Shown here: positions 54,230 through 64,000 of the stretch, piece by piece
Layout of the letters: each line of letters begins with the position of its first letter
Numbering within the stretch: the stretch's first letter is position 1
From: Octopus vulgaris
Taxonomy: Eukaryota
Direction of reading: 5' to 3'
DNA length: 64,000 nt
NCBI GenBank assembly: GCA_951406725.2
Contig: OX597823.1
Coordinates: 112,158,001 to 112,222,000 of the forward strand
The notes under the pieces: model-generated
Databases searched by the model: none
The model's input: only the letters and a program-made list of their open reading frames with translations
What the model was told of the DNA's origin: nothing
Program-made: the position numbers and the translations under genes

Positions 54230-56540
54230 AAAGAGAGCACGGACATGCAGCCTACAAGAAACCTCAAAATCTTTCCAGCTTGAACTACCATAAGGCAAAC
54301 TGGAAACAAATTGATATAGAGATCCTCAAACAAAACTATATACATACGTGAAACTTCAACAATTCATGTCTGTAATGCAAGCCATATGCTACAAATGTGT
54401 CCCAGAGAGAAAGGCCACTGTACACAAGAACAAAATCCCCATAGAGAGGAAAATTTTAATGAGACGGCGTACGAAATAAACAAACAGATTGAAAGCAGTG
54501 AAAAGTCCCGCCTAAAAATAAAACTGTAAATAAAAATCTGCAACTCTCCCATGAAAAAGAAAGAGCAGACAAAGAAGCCTGGGCTATAGAAAACATAAAA
54601 TCTAACCCCAGAGCTTTCTACAGGTATGCCAAAGAAACAGCTACAGTGCACTGTAGAATAGGGCCACTCCTCGAAAAGGATGGCACACTTACAGGAAAAC
54701 CAATGAGGGTAAGTGAAATACTGAATGAGCAATTCAAGAGTGTTTTCACTCCACCCCTTGGGCATCTCCAAATCACCAATCCAACTGACTTTTTTACCAC
54801 TGCAGATATAAAATCAGAGGCGGCGACGATAGATTACATCGATATAAAGGAAGACGATGTAACCAAGGCTATAGATGAAATGAAAACAGACTCAGCTACT
54901 GGCCCCGATGGATTCCCGGCAATCCTCCTAAAAGCATGTAAGAGAGTCCTAGCAAGACCACTGCAGTTCCTCTTTCAGAGCTTCCTTGCAGCTGGCAAAC
55001 TTCCAGGAAAACTGAAGGAAGGTAAAATATGCCCCATTCATAAAGGAGGTAGCAGAGCGGAAGCCAAGAACTATAGACCTATCTCTCTGACCTCACACAT
55101 CAGCAAGGTCATGGAACGAATAGTCAGAAGGAAGCTGATCACCTTCCTTGAAGAGAATGACTTGCTGCCCGACACCCAACATGGTTTCCGACCAGGGAGA
55201 AGCTGTTTAACTCAGCTCCTACAACACTATGACTGGGTGCTGAAACGGCTGCTCAACCACTCAAATGTGGAAGTGATATATCTCGACTTTGCAAAGGCCT
55301 TTGATAAAGTCGATCATGGAATGATATGTCACAAACTGCGTGATCTCAACATAGTTGGAAAACTGGGAGAATGGCTTCATGACTTTCTGAAGGATAGAAG
55401 TCAGGTGGTAGTAGCCAATGGGGCCACCTCCATTAACACACAAATAGTGAGCGGTGTTCCGCAGGGCACTGTTCTGGGACCACTACTGTTCATAATGGCC
55501 CTCTCAGACATGCCCTCAGCCACACAGAGAGCCACGATCACAAGTTATGCAGATGATACAAAAGTTTCACAGGCAATACAGAACCCTGAGGACACTAAAC
55601 ACCTGCAATGTGAGCTGGACGAAATATACAAGTGGGCTGAAAAGAATAGCATGCAGTTCAATGCTGGAAAGTTTCAAGCTTTATACTATCAGCATGCAAA
55701 ACTGAATGCAATACCCAATGAATACACTGGACCCGGAGGGATTGCAATCCCAGAGGCACAATCAGTGCGTGACCTGGGTATTCACATGAGTGATGACGCG
55801 ACCTTTCATGTACATGTTGCTAAACTGACAATGAAATGTAGACGGCTGGCTGGCTGGATTCTTAGAACCTTTAGAACAAGAGAACAAGAAACCATGATGG
55901 TCCTCTGGAAGACACTTGTCCTAAGCCACTTTGACTATTGCTCTCAGCTATGGTCACCATCCAGTGTCAAGTTGATCACAGAACTTGAGGCGATCCAACG
56001 AAGCTACACAAAGAAGATAGCCTCTATGCAGAATGTAAGCTACTGGGAAAGACTCAAGTGATTAAAATTATATTCCCTGGAGCGTAGGCGGGAAAGATAT
56101 GCCATAATATACATCTGGAAGATCCTGGAGGGAAGTGTCCTGAACTTTGGCATCGAGAGTTACGCAAATGCCAGAACTGGGCGGCCACTGCGTGGTGCCT
56201 AGGACTCCAAACCTGCCATCAAGATGTAGGACAAGATTCTGTGATAGCCTGGGCTTCCGAGGCCCACAGCTCTTCAATATCCTCCCGAAGAACCTGAGAG
56301 ACCTGCATGGGGTGGATACAGGTGTCTTTAAAATGAAGCTGGATCTCTTCCTGTCAGGTGTCCCAGATGAACCAACTTCACGGCAGGAGGGGCAGATGAG
56401 GGCAGCTGCATCGAACTCTCTCATGCACCAAATAGCAGTTGCTAGAAAGCCTCCATGAAGTGAAACCAAGTAGCAACACAAAATGGCGGTGACCCAGCAT
56501 GGCCACAGCCTTGCTAGCAATCAATCAATCAATCAATCAA
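54230..56540 (+). mobile_element. 5'-truncated CR1-group LINE (copy L-1) with (TCAA)n tail, between (TA)n tracts
   Basis: RT ORF plus the rest of the C-terminus to 56458. 3' UTR GGCGGTGACCCAGCATGGCCACAGC then (ATCA)n. Confidence 0.9.
54646..56458 (+). pseudogene. LINE ORF2 reverse transcriptase (disrupted)
   Basis: [41 protein letters not shown] and RDLG motifs. In-frame TGA at 56059-61, a frameshift near 56185 and disablements upstream of 54646. Confidence 0.92.
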
Positions 56541-56656
56541 GCATATATATGTATATATATATATAACTATATGTTTGTACATACATATATATACAATATA
56601 TATATATATGTATACAATATATATATATGTATACATATATATATATATACACATAT

Positions 56657-57430
<774 letters not shown>

Positions 57431-57431
<1 letters not shown>

Positions 57432-57540
57432 GGATTCCCAGATGGATTCCCGCTGGATTCCCACTGGATTCCCACTGGATTCCCACTGGATTCCCGCTGG
57501 ATTCCCAGATGGATTCCCGCTGGACCAGATGGATTCCCAG
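57431..57540 (+). repeat. Tandem 11-12-bp units (TGGATTCCC-AC/GC/AGA) at the LINE 5' junction
   Basis: About nine units; the unit derives from the LINE's own GCTGGACCAGATGGATTCCCAGC (AGPDGFP) sequence. Confidence 0.9.
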
Positions 57541-59153
57541 CAGTCCTCCTAAATACATGCAGGCATGCCCTAGCGGGACCACTGAAGATGCTCTTCAGTG
57601 GTTCCTTGGCTAACGGTAAACTGCCCAGGGCGCTAAAAGAAGGCACCATATGCCCTATCCACAAAGGAGGGAGTAGAGCAGAGGCAAAAAACTACAGGCC
57701 AGTCTCCCTGACGTCACACATAAGTAAGGTCATGGAACGAATCATCAGAAAAAAACTGATCACGTTCCTCGAAGAAACTAACCGTCTCACTGACACACAG
57801 CATGGCTTTCGCCCAGGAAGAAGCTGCCTTACGCAGCTGTTACAACACTACGACTGGGTACTGAAACAACTACTGGATCGCTCACAGGTGGATGTGGTAT
57901 ATCTCGACTTTGCGAAGGCCTTTGACAAAGTCGACCACGGAGTGATATGTCACAAATTACTCAGACTCGGCATAACAGGAAAAGTAGGTGAGTGGATACA
58001 TGACTTCCTGAAGGACAGAAGCCAGATGGTTGCAGCCAATGGAGCCCTCTCGGGAAAGACACCAATAGCAAGCGGGGTGCCACAGGGCACAGTCTTGGGA
58101 CCCTTGCTGTTTTTGGTGGCGCTCTCTGACATGCCCTTGGTAGCACAAACAACATCCCTCACTAGCTATGCTGATGACACAAAGGTAGCACAGGCAATCA
58201 AAAACCCAGCTGATGCTGACCTTTTACAACAAGATCTGGATGCCATATACAAATGGGCTGAAGACAACAACATGCAATTTAATGCTGGTAAATTTCAAGC
58301 CTTACAATATCAAGCTGTAAACACATATACATTACAACACAACTATACTGGTCCAGGAGGGATCGAAATCCCAGTAACGAAATCAATACGGGACCTGGGG
58401 ATAGACATGAGTGACGATGCATCTTTTTCTTCACACATCGCGAAGGTGGCGACAATGTGCAGACGACTCACTGGCTGGATCCTGAGGACATTCCGGACAA
58501 GAGACTGCGAGACCATGTTGACACTATGGAGGACATTTGTCCTAAGCCGCCTAGACTACTGCTCCCAACTGTGGTCACCGCATAGTGTCAAACTAACCAC
58601 AGAGCTTGAGACAATCCAAAGACATTTCACCAAGAGGATTTCCACCATGAAAGAAAAGAACTATTGGGAGAGGCTTAGGGAACTCAATTTGTACTCCTTG
58701 GAACGAAGACGAGAGAGATATGCAGTGATATACATATGGAAAATCCTGGAGGGACTAGCACCAAATTTTGGAATTGAGAGCTGTTCCAATCCCCGTACAG
58801 GTCGTCACTGTGTGGTGCCAAAGGTCCCGTCTTCCACATCCAGGGTAAGGAGCAGATACTGTAATAGCCTGGGGTTCAGGGGCCCTCAGCTGTTCAACAA
58901 ACTGCCAAGAAAACTAAGAGATCTACATGATGCGGATGTGGACATTTTCAAAAACATCTAGACAAGCTGCTTTCCGGGATCCCAGATGAACCCACTGCAA
59001 GGTACGAAGGTAACCTAAGGGCAGCAGCTACAAACTCTCTCTTAGATCAGTGGCCAGCCACGGCAAACTGGACTTAGAGAGGGTAGCAACAAGGGCGGTG
59101 CCCCAGCATGGCCTCAGCCGGATGGCTGAAACAAGTAAAAGAGTAAAAGAGTA
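57518..59153 (+). mobile_element. 5'-truncated CR1-group LINE (copy L-2) with (GTAAAAGA)n tail
   Basis: RT ORF followed by a 3' UTR ending GGCGGTGCCCCAGCATGGCCTCAGCCGGATGGCTGAAACAAGTAAAAGAGTAAAAGAG. (TA)n on both sides. Confidence 0.92.
57588..58961 (+). CDS. LINE ORF2 reverse transcriptase (5'-truncated; true C-terminus continues to ~59076 after a 1-bp shift in an A-run)
   Basis: [44 protein letters not shown] and SLERRRERY. Clearly paralogous to 54646-56458. Confidence 0.92.
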   Translation: MLFSGSLANGKLPRALKEGTICPIHKGGSRAEAKNYRPVSLTSHISKVMERIIRKKLITFLEETNRLTDTQHGFRPGRSCLTQLLQHYDWVLKQLLDRSQVDVVYLDFAKAFDKVDHGVICHKLLRLGITGKVGEWIHDFLKDRSQMVAANGALSGKTPIASGVPQGTVLGPLLFLVALSDMPLVAQTTSLTSYADDTKVAQAIKNPADADLLQQDLDAIYKWAEDNNMQFNAGKFQALQYQAVNTYTLQHNYTGPGGIEIPVTKSIRDLGIDMSDDASFSSHIAKVATMCRRLTGWILRTFRTRDCETMLTLWRTFVLSRLDYCSQLWSPHSVKLTTELETIQRHFTKRISTMKEKNYWERLRELNLYSLERRRERYAVIYIWKILEGLAPNFGIESCSNPRTGRHCVVPKVPSSTSRVRSRYCNSLGFRGPQLFNKLPRKLRDLHDADVDIFKNI

Positions 59154-60087
<934 letters not shown>

Positions 60088-60140
60088 GTGAATGGAAGAA
60101 ATGGAGTTGAACGAAGATTGTACAAATTCCTTTTATTACA

Positions 60141-60220
60141 TTCTACACATGTTTCAAAGGCCACAATTTTCCTAATTCTGATTAAATAAGGATACCATAT
60201 TGCAGCTTTCTCTTCAGGAA
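60141..60220 (-). ncRNA. Type-I hammerhead ribozyme motif in the PLE 3' pLTR
   Basis: Reverse complement: TTC-CTGAAGA-GAAAGCTGCAAT-(31 nt)-ATTGTGGCCTTT-GAAAC-ATGT-GTA-GAA-tgt-AATAAA. Canonical core, 12-bp stem II with one mismatch, palindromic ACATGT stem III. Confidence 0.75.
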
Positions 60221-60855
60221 AAAGCAGGAATTACGTTGTCAGAACAAAACAAAACAGAAGCGCAGCAAAGCAATTCGAACGAGGACGCTCCTTAAGAGCC
60301 CATGGGTAAAATGTTTATCAATGTACGTTGAAATCGGGGGTTGGCGGAGGCCGACAAAAGTTCCGTTGGAATAATTACAGGTCAGGCCGCGGTCAAATCT
60401 AGAAGGTGAGGAATTAATGAGAACAAGGAGTGTGGAGATGTTCTGTGTGACCAAAACTAATGTTCTGAATATTTTAAGAATACAGGGTGTATTTTAGGGG
60501 CGAGACAAAACCTACCTAAAAGCATGTGTGTGTATACTAGCCTATGTGTGCGCGGCCGTATGTTGGCGAGGGGCGCTAGATAATGAGCACTGCTGAGAAA
60601 ACCTGTCAGGCGGCTGAAAAAATTCTGTGTTCGTGTGTCCGTCTGTGGCCTGCTTGTCTAAAAATTATCATCGTCAACGAATCATAAGGGTATATATAAT
60701 TCCAGCGTTTGCTTCTAAAAAAACCGACCAATCGCCTAAGGGGAGTAATTTCCCCTTGCAAGAGTTATTCAGAGATTTTTTAAAAGGTTTTTCCAAAAAT
60801 TTCCAAAAATTATTTTCATTTTAATAGGGTATCAAGGTGTTAATTGTCTTAGGTA

Positions 60856-61245
60856 TCATTTATATGTAAGATAAGTATGACGCCGCCAATGGGGACATCG
60901 AAAAGCAGTCTGTAAAAGCCCGTTTACCAAATGGCCTCTGGCGAACAATATGTGGAAAAGCTCAGAGTTACAAAGATTACACCTCCTTCTGCCTCTATCA
61001 AATGGGAGGGCCACCGACAAAATCGACCATTCCAGCCTAAAAACTGAATTCGCGTTCTTCAAACGCCAGATAAGTTTGCTAAGTCCTGTAGCTTGGTATT
61101 TATTAACGTCGCGAAAAGTTGCGAAATGGTTCGATATTCTCAAGGCCAATTTTGACGATGAGGCCCCGACATACGAGTAGACATCTGAATCCGTGTAAAC
61201 CTTGCATTGGTAAATGGCATTTCTGATCTTGGAGTTACTAGACAA
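60856..61245 (-). CDS. PLE GIY-YIG endonuclease domain
   Basis: AIYQC...YVGASS...RISNH...TGLSKLIWRLK...LEWSIL...CNLC..E...RCPH. Confidence 0.85.
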   Translation of the reverse strand: MSSNSKIRNAIYQCKVYTDSDVYSYVGASSSKLALRISNHFATFRDVNKYQATGLSKLIWRLKNANSVFRLEWSILSVALPFDRGRRRCNLCNSELFHILFARGHLVNGLLQTAFRCPHWRRHTYLTYK

Positions 61246-61458
61246 GAACCTTATTCTATTGGGATTTGCTTCTGATATTAATACTGCGTTTCTGTATTAC
61301 TATAATGACTGTGAGAACAGCGGCCGCCTACTACATTATACTCCTCATTATCAATACTAATTAACGGACTATCCCCTGTGTATTCCCTATCACTGAGAAC
61401 GCTGTGATTGCTAGTATCCGTGGACCTACTATTGTCGGAAACGTTGCTAAAGTTGCTA

Positions 61459-61872
61459 TTAAGGACTCTCTACATTAATGACCCGAACTGCGCTCACCTC
61501 CCTACTACCATTACTAACGTTATTGACATCACCATTTCTTCTATCGTTAATCCTATTATTTACTCCCTGGTTGGTACGGAGATTACCAGTCACTGTACTG
61601 GCTCTTTTATCATTATTACTACTATTATTATTCCTACTGCGCGTTAAACTGGAATTAGACGGAGCTGCGCCTCCGGACAATGGTGATAGGGTCTTAATAA
61701 GCAGCCTATTATTATGGGAGGCGATTATCTGGGAAAGGTTTTTTGTCTTGGAGAAAGCTATCCTAACTTTATGTGAATTAACCGTGGAGTAATATTTGGA
61801 ATTTCTGGGAAGGGTTACTGGCAATGGCTTGGCGAAACAGGAGGGGAAGATTAGTTCTAATCTGCTTACCAA
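61459..61872 (-). CDS. PLE post-RT region and Asn/Ser-rich linker (frameshifted piece)
   Basis: PRNSKYYSTVNSHKVRIAFSKTKNLSQIIASHNNRLL matches the PLE FP....K.F....K.SYS...N...II..HN motif. The preceding YWFVIPFGKQIRTN (WFNPPF-like) lies in another frame. Confidence 0.7.
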   Translation of the reverse strand: MVSRLELIFPSCFAKPLPVTLPRNSKYYSTVNSHKVRIAFSKTKNLSQIIASHNNRLLIKTLSPLSGGAAPSNSSLTRSRNNNSSNNDKRASTVTGNLRTNQGVNNRINDRRNGDVNNVSNGSREVSAVRVINVESP

Positions 61873-63221
61873 AGGGAATTACAAACCAATATGTTTATTC
61901 CTATTTTTGTGATGGGTCGGGGAGCCAGCTCTGACATTAGGGTGGGTGATTCTAGGTTGAATAAAAGGTTTTGGTTTAGTATGACCTCCCCGGACCGTAA
62001 ATTATCTATGTTCCCTAAATTAAATCCAGAAGTACCTGCTCCAACACTCCCCCCGCTCCCATCACTACTTAAATTATTTATGTTATTATAGACGGCCCTA
62101 TCTTGACGACTGAATGGTGGCATCGGAAGGGCTGGATCAATATATACTACCTTCTGCCTATAACCGGCTTTGGATAGTGCGGCGTTATAAAATTCCGCTT
62201 TCTGCATAAAAATGTCGACACTAGCGGACAAATTAGACAATCTTAGAGAGATATTTTTAACCAAATTGTCTGTTATAGTTTTGGCATGATTGGAGAAGAC
62301 ACTGACATACTTTAAATTAGTGGAAGGCTTATGGTAAGGGCAGTATGAATCGCTATGGAGGTTTAGTGTGACGTCTAGGAAATTAGCCTGAGTAAGTTCA
62401 TTATCAAAAACTATATTCATGCCCATTCTATTAAAGAACCTAGCTAACCTATTTTTAGTTTTCTGTACGATTATGTTTGTGGTGTTTTGTAGGTAAAACA
62501 GACAATCGTCACGATACAGGCCGCTCGCGATGTCCGGGAATTGGTCGGATAATTCGTAGAGAATATAGATTCCGACCAAATCGGCTATCTGCGCGCTATC
62601 CGAACTACCCATAGGCACATCGAACTCGTTGGGAGTATCTTTACGAATCCACAACTTATTTTCAAACTTTATAAATGATTTTCTGGCAACTAAAATAATA
62701 GCAATTTCTTCTCTAGTGAGGCCTGCCTTGTTGTGAGCATGCCACAGGGCCTTATTTAGTACACTAGGGTTAATCGAGGGGTAGAAGCTAGCAATATCAA
62801 ACTGAATAAACCTAGTACGGTTCTTATTAGGGATGGAAGAGAACCACTTCACGACCTGCGAGGAGTTAGCCCAGAGGCTAAGCTTCAGCTTATTTACTAA
62901 ACTAGGGATATATTTATCTAAAATATACTTACTGATGGTCCCGATATCGGAACTAGCAGGGCATATAAGTCTTAACGCTGGGTTGGTGTAGAAATTCGGT
63001 TTGTGGTCCTTCACTATGAATCTAGGTTGTTTAGGGCTAAGCGGCTGCGTTCTCATTTGAATTCCGTATTTAAACATTATTTCCTTAATCTCCAAGTTTA
63101 CTTTTCTCAGTGTGTTCCAATTAGTTGTTCTACAATTCTTCTTGATCTCTTTTCCGAGTAAATCTAAGTACTGTCTAATGGGTAACTTATACGTGTTCCT
63201 TGTCTTGTCAGACTGGACCAA
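61866..63221 (-). CDS. PLE reverse transcriptase
   Basis: SDKT, KDHK, RLICP, QFDIASFYPSI, FDVPMGSSDSA, GLYRDD, NFLDVTL, YHKP and SNH. Upstream GLFKS..PP..LKKFEDDL..IV.KIKFR continues in another frame to ~63400. Confidence 0.92.
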   Translation of the reverse strand: MVQSDKTRNTYKLPIRQYLDLLGKEIKKNCRTTNWNTLRKVNLEIKEIMFKYGIQMRTQPLSPKQPRFIVKDHKPNFYTNPALRLICPASSDIGTISKYILDKYIPSLVNKLKLSLWANSSQVVKWFSSIPNKNRTRFIQFDIASFYPSINPSVLNKALWHAHNKAGLTREEIAIILVARKSFIKFENKLWIRKDTPNEFDVPMGSSDSAQIADLVGIYILYELSDQFPDIASGLYRDDCLFYLQNTTNIIVQKTKNRLARFFNRMGMNIVFDNELTQANFLDVTLNLHSDSYCPYHKPSTNLKYVSVFSNHAKTITDNLVKNISLRLSNLSASVDIFMQKAEFYNAALSKAGYRQKVVYIDPALPMPPFSRQDRAVYNNINNLSSDGSGGSVGAGTSGFNLGNIDNLRSGEVILNQNLLFNLESPTLMSELAPRPITKIGINILVCNSLW

Positions 63222-63489
63222 GATTCCATCCGACCTATTAATATCCTTGGTAATTTTTTCTAGGTATCTGGGTGTTCATTTCTCCTGGGTGACTTCCTGA
63301 ACTTAATCTTCCTTACGATGTCCCACAAGTCATCCTCAAACTTCTTCAGTCTTGGGTTAGGTGGCGGTGTATCCATCGACTTAAAAAGCCCACAATATTC
63401 GGACGATGCTGCAAAATGCCCGGTTCAATTTTAGATCCTCGTTGCGCCAACGCACGGTTGCAACACCATATGGTCATATCTCCAACAGT

Positions 63490-64000
63490 GTTTTTTCTGT
63501 ATAACTAATGTTAATGTAGAGAGTCCCAATAACACTGTTAGCAACGGTTTTGACAACAGTAGCATCACGGACATTAGCAATCACAGCGATCTCAGTGCCA
63601 GGGAATATACAGGTGATATTCCATTAAATAGTATTGATAATACATATATAATGTCGAAGACATATACAGTTCTACAATCATCATAGTAATAAGATATACA
63701 TATATACATATATGAAGCCAATCCCAATAGAATATAGGTTCTTATCTAGTAATTCCAAGATTAGAAATGCCATTTACCAATGCAGATTTATACTGAATCA
63801 GATGTCTACTTGTATATCGGAGCGTCATCATCAAAATTGGCCGTAGAATATCGAACCACTTCACAACATTTCGCGATTTTAGAAAACAACACGTGACCGG
63901 ACTAAGTAAAGTGATCTGTTTGAAGAACGCGAATTCAGCATTTAGACTGGAATGGTCGATTTTATCGGTGTCTGTGCCGTTTGATAGAGGCAAAAGAATC
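63490..64000 (+). pseudogene. Second, diverged PLE copy (linker + GIY-YIG) in inverted orientation, running off the window
   Basis: SKIRNAIYQC / YLYIGASSSKLA / RISNHFTTFRDF / TGLSKVI / LKNANSAFRLEWSILSVSVPFDRG, with frameshifts. Homologous to the reverse complement of ~60985-61490. Confidence 0.88.

Noticed and set aside
56059-56061. In-frame TGA in the LINE RT as possible selenocysteine or readthrough
   Set aside because: The paralogous position in L-2 is Glu, not Cys, and a frameshift follows ~125 bp later; ordinary decay.
60950-61180. Plus-strand ORF with a homolog at 63742-63993 (-), looking like a duplicated small gene
   Set aside because: Both are antisense shadows of the two GIY-YIG copies.

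Overview
AT-rich, microsatellite-saturated eukaryotic (animal) DNA. The SINE repertoire suggests an octopod cephalopod (inference). Almost every ORF in the track is a translation artefact of (TA)n, (CA)n or triplet repeats. Real coding signal is nearly all transposon-derived: two 5'-truncated CR1-group LINEs (54.2-59.2 kb); a Penelope-like element (PLE; RT + C-terminal GIY-YIG, minus strand, 60.1-63.4 kb) abutting an inverted, diverged copy; an older decayed PLE (~12.1-13.1 kb); RTE, L1/Tx1 and R4/Dong fragments; a deleted mariner; hAT and piggyBac-type MITEs; and about 25 SINE copies. At most a weak host-gene exon pair is visible in the first 1.2 kb. The most interesting signal is non-coding. 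Six minimal type-I hammerhead-ribozyme-like motifs (plus half motifs) sit in the PLE 3' end and in short, non-autonomous, (TA)n-inserted elements. Their catalytic cores are family-specific variants: canonical CUGAAGA, U4C, A6U and a C3G/G8C compensatory swap. A SINE family and its probable partner LINE also share a 3' end with a covarying stem-loop. All identifications were made by eye; no searches or folding programs were run.
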